A DNA stretch of 64,000 nucleotides from an uncultured Flavobacteriaceae bacterium (GTDB lineage: Bacteria; Bacteroidota; Bacteroidia; Flavobacteriales; Flavobacteriaceae), in NCBI GenBank assembly GCA_947488435.1, contig CANKZG010000001.1, positions 734,308 through 798,307 of the forward strand. The letters run 5' to 3'. Below the pieces are notes generated by a model that was given only the letters and a program-made list of their open reading frames with translations, ran no database searches and was not told the DNA's origin. This document shows positions 10,954 to 21,136 of this stretch, in pieces (position 1 is the first letter of the stretch; every line of letters begins with the position of its first letter). The position numbers and the translations under genes are program-made.

Positions 10954-13338
10954 TCAGGTTTTTCGTTTTAATTTTTTTCCTAAAATAGTGGTGGCAAACG
11001 TTGTAAAAACAACTATGGTAATGGAGCTTATCGGCATAAGAACGGCAGCTATTACCGGGGCTAACTGTCCAGTAATCGCAAAATAAAGCCCAATAACATT
11101 ATAGCAAAGTGATACAAAAAAACTCCATTTGATAATTTGCATCGCTTCTTTTGCCATTCGGAAATAATCTGGGATTCGCAAAAATTGATCCGCATCAAGT
11201 ATCCCATCACACGCTGGAGAAAACACATTAATGTTTTCTGAGATAACAATTCCTATATCGCTCTGCGCCAGAGCTCCTGCATCGTTAAGACCATCACCTA
11301 TCATTACTACCTTTTTCCCTTTGTTTTGTAGGGTTTTTATAAAATTTAGTTTTTGTTCGGGCTTTTGATTAAAATGAAGTTTTGTCCCCCTCGGCAACAA
11401 CTTTTCTAAAGTAGTTTGCTCGCCGCTATTATCTCCAGATAGTACGGTAAGTGTTACTATATCACTTAGTTTTTTAAATACTTGAGAAACTCCCTTTCGG
11501 TATTCATTTTTAAATACAAAGCAGCCTTTATATTCTGAATCTGCACAGATATGAACACTAGTATCTTTAAAGCTGTTATTTATTGCTTTACCTATATAAT
11601 TTGCTGACCCAATCTTAATAGAATGTGACTCCCATTTTCCTTCAATTCCATAACCTATTTCTTCATAAAATTCATCTAGCGTTAAGATATCGTTTGATTT
11701 TAAGATATGGTACAACTGATGACTCAATGGGTGATTTGACGCTCGAAGCGTCTGCTTTAAAATTGCAGTCTCATCAGGGGTTAGTGGTATTCCTTCATAA
11801 CAAATTGTATTATTCTGCGTACTGGTTAGAGTTCCTGTTTTATCAAAAATAGCGGCATCTATTTGCGCCATGCGTTCTATAGTATTGGTGTCTTTTACAT
11901 AAAACTTATGATGACCAAAAATGCGCAGCATATTTCCTAATGTAAAGGGCGCTGCTAAGGCTATTGCACAGGGGCAAGCAATAATCAATACTGCAGTAAA
12001 TACATTCAAAACTTTACTTGGATCATACCACATCCAAAAAATAGAAGCTATAACTGCTATGCTTAAAACTATTAGTGTAAACCGTTTACTTATACTATCT
12101 GTAAGGGTTTGAAATTCAGAAATCTTGTTTTTTGAGAATGCAATATTACTCCACAATTGTGTTAGGTAACTTTGGGAAACAGATTTTAAAGCCTTCATCT
12201 CAAAAGCGCCACCTATTTGTTTTCCTCCTGCAAAGAGTAGGTCCCCTTTTTCTTTAATAACAGCATCTGATTCTCCTGAAACAAAACTATAATCTAGCTG
12301 CGCTCTTCCTTCAAGTAATAGGCCATCTACAGGAATCAACTCCATATTCCTAATCCACAAACGATCTCCTTTCTGAATGCGATATACCGCTATACTTTCC
12401 TCACTTCCATCAGAAAGAATTTTGGTGACCGCCATGGGGAAGTACGATTTGTAATCTCTTTCAAATGAAAGAAAGTTATAGGTCTGTTGTTGAAAAAACC
12501 TTCCTAACAGCAAGAAAAACACAAGTCCTGTAAGGCTATCAAAAAAGCCAGATCCAAGATCAAAAACAATATCTACTGTACTTCGTATAAAGAGCGTAAA
12601 GATCCCTAAAGCAATGGGAACATCAATAGTAAGTAGTTTTAGTCGTAATCCTTTGTATGCAGAAACGAAGTAGTCTCTTGCCGCATAAAACAATACCGGT
12701 AAAGAAAAAGCAAACATCAACCACCTGAACGTGCCTTTATATTGATCTAACCAAAATTCTTGTACTTCAAAATATTCCGGAAATGAAAGAAACATAACAT
12801 TGCCAAATGCAAAGCCCGCGATTCCTAATTGATAGATTAAACTTCGGTTTTTCTTGTCTTGTTTTTGATCATAATCTTCTAGACGTAAATTAGGTTCATA
12901 TCCAATTTTTGCTAAAAGTTCTACGAGATTTTTTAGTGAAAAATCTGTTTTTCGATAGCTTATTCGAACTTTCTTTTTAGGGAAGTTTACCTCTGACTTA
13001 GTGATTGCCGAATGAAGTTGCCCTAGATTTTCAAGAATCCAAATGCAGGAGCTACAATGAATATTTGGAATTCTAAGTTCTACAATTTGATAATTCCCTT
13101 CATTAAAAATCAAGAGCTTCGAAAGAATTTCTTGATTATCCAAAAAATCATAGCTATGGCTAGGCATTGACGGAGTACTTCCTGCTCCACTTTGCAGTTC
13201 GTAATAGTACGTTAAATTATTACTAGAAAAAATCTCATAAACTGTTTTGCATCCATTGCAACAAAAATTCTTTTCATTAAAAACTAATGACACAGTTTCG
13301 CACACATCTCCGCAATGGTAACAGTTTAAGGATTTCAT
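10954..13338 (-). CDS. ccoI: copper-translocating P-type ATPase (FixI/CcoI)
   Basis: 794 aa; N-terminal CxxC metal-binding (CYHCGDVC), CPC motif (ACPCAIA), DKTGTLT phosphorylation site, GDGLNDAGAL hinge. Confidence 0.85.
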   Translation of the reverse strand: MKSLNCYHCGDVCETVSLVFNEKNFCCNGCKTVYEIFSSNNLTYYYELQSGAGSTPSMPSHSYDFLDNQEILSKLLIFNEGNYQIVELRIPNIHCSSCIWILENLGQLHSAITKSEVNFPKKKVRISYRKTDFSLKNLVELLAKIGYEPNLRLEDYDQKQDKKNRSLIYQLGIAGFAFGNVMFLSFPEYFEVQEFWLDQYKGTFRWLMFAFSLPVLFYAARDYFVSAYKGLRLKLLTIDVPIALGIFTLFIRSTVDIVFDLGSGFFDSLTGLVFFLLLGRFFQQQTYNFLSFERDYKSYFPMAVTKILSDGSEESIAVYRIQKGDRLWIRNMELIPVDGLLLEGRAQLDYSFVSGESDAVIKEKGDLLFAGGKQIGGAFEMKALKSVSQSYLTQLWSNIAFSKNKISEFQTLTDSISKRFTLIVLSIAVIASIFWMWYDPSKVLNVFTAVLIIACPCAIALAAPFTLGNMLRIFGHHKFYVKDTNTIERMAQIDAAIFDKTGTLTSTQNNTICYEGIPLTPDETAILKQTLRASNHPLSHQLYHILKSNDILTLDEFYEEIGYGIEGKWESHSIKIGSANYIGKAINNSFKDTSVHICADSEYKGCFVFKNEYRKGVSQVFKKLSDIVTLTVLSGDNSGEQTTLEKLLPRGTKLHFNQKPEQKLNFIKTLQNKGKKVVMIGDGLNDAGALAQSDIGIVISENINVFSPACDGILDADQFLRIPDYFRMAKEAMQIIKWSFFVSLCYNVIGLYFAITGQLAPVIAAVLMPISSITIVVFTTFATTILGKKLKRKT

Positions 13339-13392
13339 TACAAAATGTTGATTATAAAGAACAAAGGTCTTTCAGAGCATTCTCTCTTTTTA

Positions 13393-13404
13393 TGATAATT
13401 ATCA
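13393..13404. promoter_or_regulatory. FNR/CRP-type half-site palindrome TGAT-aatt-ATCA in the divergent fnr/ccoI promoter region
   Basis: aTGATAATTATCAt, perfect dyad, 55 bp upstream of ccoI start and 56 bp upstream of the Crp/Fnr gene. Confidence 0.4.
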
Positions 13405-13459
13405 TGTTTTGGTTCTCAATTTCAACTTACCTTTGTAGCATCAGTTAAATTTTCTACAA

Positions 13460-14149
13460 ATGGAAAGCAGGTGTGAAAATTGTATCATAAGACAGTTTAA
13501 TTCGCTTAGAGCCATGAGCAAAGTGGAGTTAAAAAAGGTGTCAGATGCAAAAAGCACGCGCAGTATTAAAAAAGGAATGCCCATTTTTGAAGAAGGGGAA
13601 CGATTGGCGGGTGTTTTTTGCGTTCGCGAAGGGGTTTCAAAACTTTCCAAACTTAGCTCAAACGGCAAAGATCAAATTGTAAAACTTGCAAGTAAAGGAG
13701 AGGTAATTGGCCAACGCTCTGTTATTGCTGAGGAACCTGCAAATTTAAGTGCTATTGCAATCAACGACATGGATGTTTGTTTTATCCCGAAGGAAACAAT
13801 TATTGATAGCCTCAATAATAATCCAAATTTTGCAGTTGAGGTATTGCGTCATATGGCGCATGACTTGAAGGAAGCAGATGATGTAATTGTTAATATGTCG
13901 CAAAAAACTGTTCCTCAACGTGTTGCGGAAGCTTTGTTGTATTTGCATCAAAATTATGGAGAAGATAAAGATGGTTTTTTAGCTCTACAATTAAGTAGGG
14001 AAGACATTGGTAATGTTGTGGGCACAGCTACAGAGTCTGCGATTCGTATTCTTTCAGATTTTAAAAAGAAAGGATTAATAATTACTTCAGGCAAACGCAT
14101 TGGAATTAAAGAAGAAAAAAAACTTCAAAACCTTATTACCGGATTTTAA
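13460..14149 (+). CDS. Crp/Fnr family transcriptional regulator (candidate O2-sensing FNR-type)
   Basis: 229 aa; cNMP-binding fold plus C-terminal HTH; N-terminal Cys pair C5-x2-C8 and further Cys at about 54 and 117; divergent from the cco operon. Confidence 0.8.
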   Translation: MESRCENCIIRQFNSLRAMSKVELKKVSDAKSTRSIKKGMPIFEEGERLAGVFCVREGVSKLSKLSSNGKDQIVKLASKGEVIGQRSVIAEEPANLSAIAINDMDVCFIPKETIIDSLNNNPNFAVEVLRHMAHDLKEADDVIVNMSQKTVPQRVAEALLYLHQNYGEDKDGFLALQLSREDIGNVVGTATESAIRILSDFKKKGLIITSGKRIGIKEEKKLQNLITGF

Positions 14150-14462
14150 CCACGCCATTCTTAAATTTTCTAATTAATAAATTCGTAGAAATTACTTGCT
14201 TTTAGACGTTCAAATAAATTTTTGTTTACCTCCACTGGAATCGATAAATATGGGAATTTAATACAATATACTCCTCCTATTTTTCCCATAAATTCTAACT
14301 TAACAGTGTTTTTCTTTCTTACTGATGTTATTGTAGTCATAGCTGTAATCTTTGAAATTTTCAACTATAAAGATCCCTTAAACTTTAGAGAAGAAAGCTG
14401 ATATATATCATAGTTTACTATAGTCTGTGCTTTTAAATTAGATTGTTTTTGAATCTAAAAAA

Positions 14463-15254
14463 GTGAAAAAAGTATTATTGGCTACTGACTTTTCTGAAAA
14501 TTCGTGGAATTCCTGCGTTTATGCGCTCCATTTATTTAAAGACCTGAATTGTACATTTTTTCTTGTCCATACCTATACGCCACCTCTTGTTGGAGGCCGA
14601 GTAGTAGCACAAACAAATAATGGGCCATCGCATAAAAATATTGCCTATTACAGTGCGTCAAATAAGCTGGAAAACTTGATGCAAAGATTACAAAAAGAAC
14701 ATCCCAATACAAAGCATTTATTTAAAATAGTATGTTCTTTTTGTTTTCTTACTGATGAAATTCAGGATACAGTTTCTCAAAAACATATTGATTTTATTAT
14801 CGCCGGAATGAAGGGGGGTTCTCAGGCTTCCGAGATTCCTATTGGCAGCAATGCGCGACGAATAATTAATCTTCATATAAGTTGTCCAATCCTTCTGATC
14901 CCGTTAGCTTATCAGTATAAATCCATTAAAGCAATTGGTTTTTTCGTAAGTCTAAACCGAATCTATTCTACTAATGAACTGGCCGTTTTAAAAAGTTTTG
15001 CCCAAAACTTTAAAGGTAGTATTAAGATCACTTCTCTTACATTGGATTTTTCTTGTCTATCTGAAATCCAAGAATATCATCTAAGTGTACTTGAAAAGCA
15101 ATTGGGTAAAAGAACTATGGCCAAAAGTTTTAGTATACTGGCACTTCCCAAGGATCTGGATAACCTCTCAAAATTTTTATCAAAAAATTCAATGTATAAA
15201 AAAATGCCCTTTTTAATTATTCCTAAAGTGGAAAGGCATGAAGAAGTATATTAG
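14463..15254 (+). CDS. universal stress protein family (tandem Usp-like)
   Basis: 263 aa, N-terminus MKKVLLATDFSENS... resembles the Usp at 2967. Confidence 0.55.
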   Translation: MKKVLLATDFSENSWNSCVYALHLFKDLNCTFFLVHTYTPPLVGGRVVAQTNNGPSHKNIAYYSASNKLENLMQRLQKEHPNTKHLFKIVCSFCFLTDEIQDTVSQKHIDFIIAGMKGGSQASEIPIGSNARRIINLHISCPILLIPLAYQYKSIKAIGFFVSLNRIYSTNELAVLKSFAQNFKGSIKITSLTLDFSCLSEIQEYHLSVLEKQLGKRTMAKSFSILALPKDLDNLSKFLSKNSMYKKMPFLIIPKVERHEEVY

Positions 15255-15464
15255 TTAATCTTCTTTTTGAGTTGTTTTTCCTTTAGACTTTCGAATTACA
15301 AAAGAGCTCTTTAGAAATCGATACACTAAAGTAATAAGTACGGTCTGACCTACTAAGGTGCCTATGAATACCCATCCAAAGGCAACTTTAAAACTTGCTA
15401 ATATGGCAATCGTAAGTACTAGAATAGTAGCAAGATTAATCCAAAAAATCGAATGTAGTGTCAT
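15255..15464 (-). CDS. small membrane protein, hypothetical
   Basis: 69 aa, two hydrophobic helices; ORF only. Confidence 0.3.
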   Translation of the reverse strand: MTLHSIFWINLATILVLTIAILASFKVAFGWVFIGTLVGQTVLITLVYRFLKSSFVIRKSKGKTTQKED

Positions 15465-15643
15465 TTTCTATGCTGTCCTTATTATTTTGAACACAGCATG
15501 AAAGGGAAGTTCTAAAATCAGGGGGAAACTTTGTCTTTTCAAAGATATGACAAGGTTTGTAGTTTTGGTCGTAATTTAGATGAGTAACTTACAAAAACGT
15601 TTAATTTCCTTTGTTTTACCTTTTTCAAAAGTAAATATCCGAA

Positions 15644-16759
15644 TTATAGCCAGGTGCGTGTAAGAAAATTAATAAAATTTTGGTGCATAATAGCAGTGAT
15701 ATCATTCTCGGTATAACCTCTTGCCTGCAACATAGCAGGAATTTTTTGCAAATCTGCTATGGTGTCAAGATCCATCGGGCCTTGTTCAATTCCAAAACCT
15801 CCATCCAAATCTGTTCCAATACCTACATGTTTGGTATTTCCTGCTAGTTGACAAATGTGATCCATATTATCTAACATCTGCTCCAAGCTTACACCCATAG
15901 TTTTTGGTGTTGATGCTCCACGTACCCAATTTGGAACCATCATCCACGCATCCAAGGGCATACCTATAACCGCATCTCTTCGAATGAGCTCCTTTAATTG
16001 TTCATCTGAAAATTGTCGGTTATGATCCACTAAGCTTCGGCAATTATTATGACTAGCCCATACCGGGCCATTATATATCTTCATAGTTTCCCAAAAGCTT
16101 TGATCACATAAATGTGTGGCATCTAAAATTAGATTTAAGCTTTCTATTTTTTTAAGTAACTCTTTCCCTTTGAGCCCAATTCCTCCTATCGAATCTGTAC
16201 CATGTGCGTAGGTTCCAGGACCGTAGTGTGCAGGTCCTATCGCCCTTAATCCTGAATTATACGAAGCTTCTAAATATTCCATGCTGATAATAGAATCTGC
16301 TCCCTCCAAGCTTAGGATGTATCCTATAGGTTTATGTTCCTGATCTGTTTCCCATAAGGCAATTTGTGCTTGTAATTCTTCCACATTTGTGATTTGAGTC
16401 ATTTCTCCTGCAGTTTCCATGGCTTTGTACCAAGCTAATTGCCCTTGTGTTTGTGCCCAAGCTTGATAGGGTGAATGCCATCCAGGGAGTTCGCTTCCTT
16501 TTTTTACATAACGCGCTATTTGTGTGGCTACACATAGTCCTATGTTTCCCTTTCGCATAGCATCTAAAGAAACGGTATTCTTAGCTCTATCGGGTTTATC
16601 CGTCATGCCAATTTCACGAGCTCTAATTTCTTCTACAGGAAGTCGGAGATCTCTATTCCATTCTAAAGCATTCATAGAAAGGTCTAAGTGTGCATCAAAT
16701 ACAAACATTTTTTCGTGCTGTGTTAGGTTAGATTGATATTTTATAATTACGAGCAGCAA
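15644..16759 (-). CDS. membrane dipeptidase (peptidase M19 family)
   Basis: 371 aa, VFDAHLDLSMNALEW... and later HxH/D metal-ligand pattern of renal-dipeptidase family. Confidence 0.75.
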   Translation of the reverse strand: MLLVIIKYQSNLTQHEKMFVFDAHLDLSMNALEWNRDLRLPVEEIRAREIGMTDKPDRAKNTVSLDAMRKGNIGLCVATQIARYVKKGSELPGWHSPYQAWAQTQGQLAWYKAMETAGEMTQITNVEELQAQIALWETDQEHKPIGYILSLEGADSIISMEYLEASYNSGLRAIGPAHYGPGTYAHGTDSIGGIGLKGKELLKKIESLNLILDATHLCDQSFWETMKIYNGPVWASHNNCRSLVDHNRQFSDEQLKELIRRDAVIGMPLDAWMMVPNWVRGASTPKTMGVSLEQMLDNMDHICQLAGNTKHVGIGTDLDGGFGIEQGPMDLDTIADLQKIPAMLQARGYTENDITAIMHQNFINFLTRTWL

Positions 16760-17855
16760 CTTCCCAAGAATCGGTTATTTTTCCTTCTTTGGCTGTTAAA
16801 ACGTACTTATACTTAGCTACAGTAGGGCATATATGCATTGGAATCGCATAATAAACACTACCTAGGTTATGCTTTTCATTTGTTGAACATGTTACAACCA
16901 AATGTTCTTCACTTTGGCTTTGTTGTTCACTTTGTTCTAAGTTCAAAAATTGCACTCTAGGAAAGCTCATTTCAGAGGCTACAGCTTTGTGACCTAAATC
17001 AAAACATAAAACTCCTGAGGTAGGTTTACTTATAAGTCTTGTTATTAAAACGGCTGCAGGAAGCATGGGAGACTCTGGGAATGAACTTGCATAACCTGCA
17101 TCCCATAATAAGGTGGTTCCCGGACTTGCTTCTACATTTTTTCGTTTTGCATGAATTTCAAAACTAGGGGAACCTCCAGCAACAATAGTAGGTACAGCAT
17201 GTCCCGAGTTTTCCAGTTTATCCTTTAATTTCTCTACATTTTCAAACGCGGCATCACATCGAGTTTTACGAACCGTAAAATCAGAATCTCTAATATGACC
17301 GTCATACGCATGTAATCCTTCACAAGTCAAGTATTCAGAGTTGGAGATAGTAGTATATAAATTAAATGCTTCGGCTCCAGGTTTAATCCCCGTTCTATTC
17401 ATCCCGTTATTAATATCTACCCAAAGAGAAACCTTAGTTCGCTGTTGTTTTGCCTTAACTATTATTTGTTCCACAATGGTTAAATCATCTACAATCGCAG
17501 AAAATTTAGTGTTTGGATAATGCGTTCTTAACATCATAAAACGCGCGATATTTGCACCAGTGGGTTGTATTGCCAGAAGCACATCCTTGGCGTTACATTG
17601 GCCTAGTAATTCTGCTTCCGCAATAGTTGCGCATTTAAATTTATAAATACCATGGCGCATTTGCATCTGAATAATTTCGGCCATCTTATACGTTTTCACA
17701 TGCGGCCTTAAAAATGCAACATCGCCTGCGATCTTAATCATGTTTTGAATGTTCTTTTCAATCCGATCAGGATATACTATTAGCGCGGGTGAAACAATTT
17801 CTTGCGTATCTTCTATGGTATACCAACTGTTTGTTTCCATTTTAATACAGTTCAA
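16728..17855 (-). CDS. PLP-dependent D-serine dehydratase-like / D-threonine aldolase-type enzyme (alanine racemase N-domain fold)
   Basis: 375 aa, fold-type III PLP enzyme pattern (…LRPHVKTYKMAEI… lysine region); overlaps neighbours, operonic. Confidence 0.6.
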   Translation of the reverse strand: MNCIKMETNSWYTIEDTQEIVSPALIVYPDRIEKNIQNMIKIAGDVAFLRPHVKTYKMAEIIQMQMRHGIYKFKCATIAEAELLGQCNAKDVLLAIQPTGANIARFMMLRTHYPNTKFSAIVDDLTIVEQIIVKAKQQRTKVSLWVDINNGMNRTGIKPGAEAFNLYTTISNSEYLTCEGLHAYDGHIRDSDFTVRKTRCDAAFENVEKLKDKLENSGHAVPTIVAGGSPSFEIHAKRKNVEASPGTTLLWDAGYASSFPESPMLPAAVLITRLISKPTSGVLCFDLGHKAVASEMSFPRVQFLNLEQSEQQSQSEEHLVVTCSTNEKHNLGSVYYAIPMHICPTVAKYKYVLTAKEGKITDSWEVAARNYKISI

Positions 17856-18306
17856 ACATCGCTTCTACTTCAACAGGGATATTATCAGGAAGAATCATCC
17901 CCACTGCGCTCCGAACGCCTATACCATTTTCTTCGCCAAAAACAGCAGCCATAAGTTCGCTAAAGCCATTAATAACATAAGGTTGTTTTCCGAAATCAGG
18001 AGTTGAGTTTACCATTCCAAGTACTTTTACAACCCTTTTTATTTTATCAATGTCACCAAAATGAGTTTGAATTGTTGAAAGCATTGTAAGACCTACCTGA
18101 TGTGCAGCTTTCTTTGCTTCGTCTTTATCAATATCATCTCCAGCTCTACCTATCATAAGTGTTCCATCATTTTTTACTGGTCCTTGTCCGGATACGTAAA
18201 GGAATTTTCCAACAACCAAGATAGGTCTATAAACCCCCATTGGAGGTGGAGCAGGGGGAAATTCTAGTCCCATGGACTTAATCTTTTCCGAAGCTAATGT
18301 TTTCAT
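17842..18306 (-). CDS. ridA: RidA/YjgF family deaminase
   Basis: 154 aa, typical RidA length and C-terminal signature. Confidence 0.8.
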   Translation of the reverse strand: MKTLASEKIKSMGLEFPPAPPPMGVYRPILVVGKFLYVSGQGPVKNDGTLMIGRAGDDIDKDEAKKAAHQVGLTMLSTIQTHFGDIDKIKRVVKVLGMVNSTPDFGKQPYVINGFSELMAAVFGEENGIGVRSAVGMILPDNIPVEVEAMFELY

Positions 18307-18391
18307 AAATGTTTAATACTTTTTAGTTTGCTTTAGTGAAAGCTAAAAGTAATTAAATTGTATGGTTTTTCATTACAGCTTTGTGATAAAA

Positions 18392-18793
18392 CTATAGTCG
18401 TTCCCACATTTGATCCGCATTTAAACGAAAACTCCCGATATGATCAAAATTACATTCATCAGGGGCAATTACAGATAAAAAAGAATGCTTGTTTTTATCA
18501 CGATATAAGTGATAGTGCTCCCCAACCATTGGTTCAAAATTGAACTTAGCACTATAGACCAACTTATTATATTCAAATTGTTCCATCATAGCATCATATT
18601 CAGATTTTAACTCCTTATATTTTGCGCTGATTTGCTTATTAACTTTGTGAATATTTCTATTTTTCCAAGCCACCGTATCTGAAGAAGTGATAACGGGAGC
18701 ACCGGTATTTGTGGCATAAGGCTTTAAAGCTGCATCGTACTGTTGGTTTTTTTCATTAAAAACAACATTATCAGGCTTCTTTTTAAAACTCAT
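18392..18793 (-). CDS. hypothetical protein
   Basis: 133 aa ORF, no recognisable motif. Confidence 0.35.
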   Translation of the reverse strand: MSFKKKPDNVVFNEKNQQYDAALKPYATNTGAPVITSSDTVAWKNRNIHKVNKQISAKYKELKSEYDAMMEQFEYNKLVYSAKFNFEPMVGEHYHLYRDKNKHSFLSVIAPDECNFDHIGSFRLNADQMWERL

Positions 18794-18825
18794 TGATTCA
18801 ACCCTAGTACTTGAATTTATTCTAT

Positions 18826-19047
18826 TTAGATTGATGTATTCCCGTTTAAACGCTTTTCAATTTTACGTTTAATTACAGTTAAACGTTTCATCATATCCAT
18901 AAGTTCAGGGTCCTTATTTTCCTTATAAATTTCATTCAATTCCAATATAAGTGCTTTCACCTCTCTTGAAGATGAAACTCTATCGCTAGTCGTCATTCCA
19001 GACATTTTTCGCTTCTCAAACTCCAAAGCTCTATCCATTACATCCAT
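18826..19047 (-). CDS. hypothetical protein
   Basis: 73 aa charged helical ORF. Confidence 0.3.
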   Translation of the reverse strand: MDVMDRALEFEKRKMSGMTTSDRVSSSREVKALILELNEIYKENKDPELMDMMKRLTVIKRKIEKRLNGNTSI

Positions 19048-19422
19048 ATCAATACTATTTGTGCATAAAAATTTATCGCTATTTACAACTAAATATAGAA
19101 ATAATCACACTAGTTTCTCAATTTGTTTCACAACTTGTTCTGCTTCAAATATCTTGGTGTTACTTAATTTTCGATTTATGCTAGACAAATGATGCGCATC
19201 TTTCATTAGTTTTTCAAACTTTTTTTGAAGCACTTTTTTTTGAGAATTTTTTCTAAATAACTTAATCATAGGCTAAAAGAATTAGTTATTAATAACACTC
19301 CATAGATAATAAATACAATCTAGAGTGTTCGTTAAAAATACAAAATGTTTATTAATTTTAATTAAAAGTTAAACAAAATATATTAAAAAATAACTAACTC
19401 TTGTTATCCTACAATCTATACA

Positions 19423-20433
19423 TCAGAAATATAACTGTGCTGCCTTCGAAAATTTTGTTGCCATCCGTTTACGCAAACGTTCAGGCTGCAATACCTCCAT
19501 GGCCTCTCCAAAACCTAAAATCAGACGTTCCAATTCAAAATTCAATTTCACTTTTATATTAATTTCAACACTTCCATCTTCATTTTCTTTTTCAATAATC
19601 TGTGAATGATGTATAGGTTTAGTCACGACATAAGGAGCATTGTATTTGTCGATCCATAATTTAATATTGGAAGCCCGTTCCCCTTGGTTCACGGTAACAC
19701 CCACAACATCCTTGTAAAAGGTATCTGCATCAAATTCATAATTTGAATAAGAAATAGCGAAATCATAGTCAATCGAAATGATTCGGTCAAGGGCAAGATT
19801 AACTATGCCTTTGTTCTTATTTCCCATTCCTATTAGAAACCATCGGTTGTTAAACTCCTTCAATAAGCAGGGATGGAAAGTAATTACATTGGCAGTAGCA
19901 GCTTTAAAAGACTTGTACTCCACCTTTAAAACCACTTTTTTCTGAATGGCTTGATAGAGTTCGTCAAGCCAATGTAATCCTTTTAGATTCTCGTTCTTAT
20001 CTAGATGAATAATAGATGACTGATGCGTCTTCTCAGTATATACTTTATCTTCTAATCGTTGAATAATTCCACCCAATTCTGAAAACAAAGAAAAGTCTTT
20101 AAACTGCTTTAGCATTTCTACAGTTTCAGAAAGTACATTCATGTCGTTTTCAGTTATGGGGATATCCGTAATGGAATAATCCTCATCTTCGTATTTGTAA
20201 TACTTTCTATCATAAGCAACAATTGGAGCGTTGTAACCTAACTTATCACTTCGCATCAACTGAATATCGAGTTGCACCGTCCGTTTGCTCACATTCACTT
20301 CCCTACCTTCGTATTCATATAAGGCATCTGAACAGGCTTCAATTAAATCATCTAAAGTCCATTGACGGTAGTTGTTTTGAAGGCATTTGTCAATAGTTTT
20401 ATATCGGATTAGGGCGTTTTTGTTGAGGGCCAT
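19423..20433 (-). CDS. HTH + WYL-domain transcriptional regulator (recalled by resemblance)
   Basis: 336 aa; N-terminus MALNKNALIRYKTIDKCLQN...WTLDDLIEACSDAL...VSKRTVQLDIQLMRS matches my recollection of the winged-HTH N-terminus of Bacteroidetes WYL-domain proteins, followed by a ligand-binding-like middle region; co-operonic with the HD protein (1-nt overlap). Confidence 0.55.
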   Translation of the reverse strand: MALNKNALIRYKTIDKCLQNNYRQWTLDDLIEACSDALYEYEGREVNVSKRTVQLDIQLMRSDKLGYNAPIVAYDRKYYKYEDEDYSITDIPITENDMNVLSETVEMLKQFKDFSLFSELGGIIQRLEDKVYTEKTHQSSIIHLDKNENLKGLHWLDELYQAIQKKVVLKVEYKSFKAATANVITFHPCLLKEFNNRWFLIGMGNKNKGIVNLALDRIISIDYDFAISYSNYEFDADTFYKDVVGVTVNQGERASNIKLWIDKYNAPYVVTKPIHHSQIIEKENEDGSVEINIKVKLNFELERLILGFGEAMEVLQPERLRKRMATKFSKAAQLYF

Positions 20434-21047
20434 TATAATGTATTTAGTTCATTGTACAAATTTGCTCTTGCCTGTTTTTCAAAAGTGGATTGAAAACCCT
20501 TAGTTTGATAAATTGTGTTCTTGTCTAAAAAGTGATGAAGTACTTTCTTTCGTCCTTTACGATACATAATACCGGGAATTTTAGCATACTCTTTTCTAAT
20601 CTTCAGAGCATAATCTTGGTATACCTCTTCGGACTGTCCTAAAATTGCTAAATCAAAGTCTATTAACAATTTCTCATCATTCGATTTGCCATTATGGTGT
20701 TTCGTACAAAGAATAAGTGCTTCAATTCGTTGAATTCCATCTACATCAAATCCAATATCTTGTAATACCTGATTGGCTTTTATTGCACTTTTCTCCTCGT
20801 TATCCTTTTTCCAAATACTATAGACAAAATCATGATAGTAAATAGCTAAAAGCATCTCTTCAGTATTTTCGATATCATCTTTGAACTTATCGAAATAGCC
20901 ATAGAGTTCGGTAAGGTGATCTAGATTGTGGTATTTTCGAAACTTTTGTCCATAAGCGCCAGCTAGTTCATTCCATAAAGCGGCAACTTCATTTTCCGTT
21001 GGTACATATTTAGAGAAAATCTTGGCGTGTCTTTCTTTTAAGTCCAT
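20433..21047 (-). CDS. HD-domain metal-dependent phosphohydrolase (putative RNA-end-processing enzyme)
   Basis: 204 aa; H...LDH...YYHD motif pattern (YHNLDHLTELY, AIYYHDFVY) consistent with an HD fold. Confidence 0.45.
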   Translation of the reverse strand: MDLKERHAKIFSKYVPTENEVAALWNELAGAYGQKFRKYHNLDHLTELYGYFDKFKDDIENTEEMLLAIYYHDFVYSIWKKDNEEKSAIKANQVLQDIGFDVDGIQRIEALILCTKHHNGKSNDEKLLIDFDLAILGQSEEVYQDYALKIRKEYAKIPGIMYRKGRKKVLHHFLDKNTIYQTKGFQSTFEKQARANLYNELNTL

Positions 21048-21083
21048 AGTGTATTTGACTTAAAATTACAAGAACTCAACTAA

Positions 21084-21104
21084 CTACGCAAAATAATTGC
21101 GTAG
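21084..21104. promoter_or_regulatory. perfect 7-7 palindrome CTACGCA-aaataat-TGCGTAG in the divergent HD-WYL / NTase-rtcB promoter region (copy 1 of 3)
   Basis: Read directly from the sequence; arms are exact reverse complements; see copies at 22930 and 30414. Confidence 0.45.
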
Positions 21105-21136
21105 TACATCATCAAATTTGTATCATAATTTTAGAA

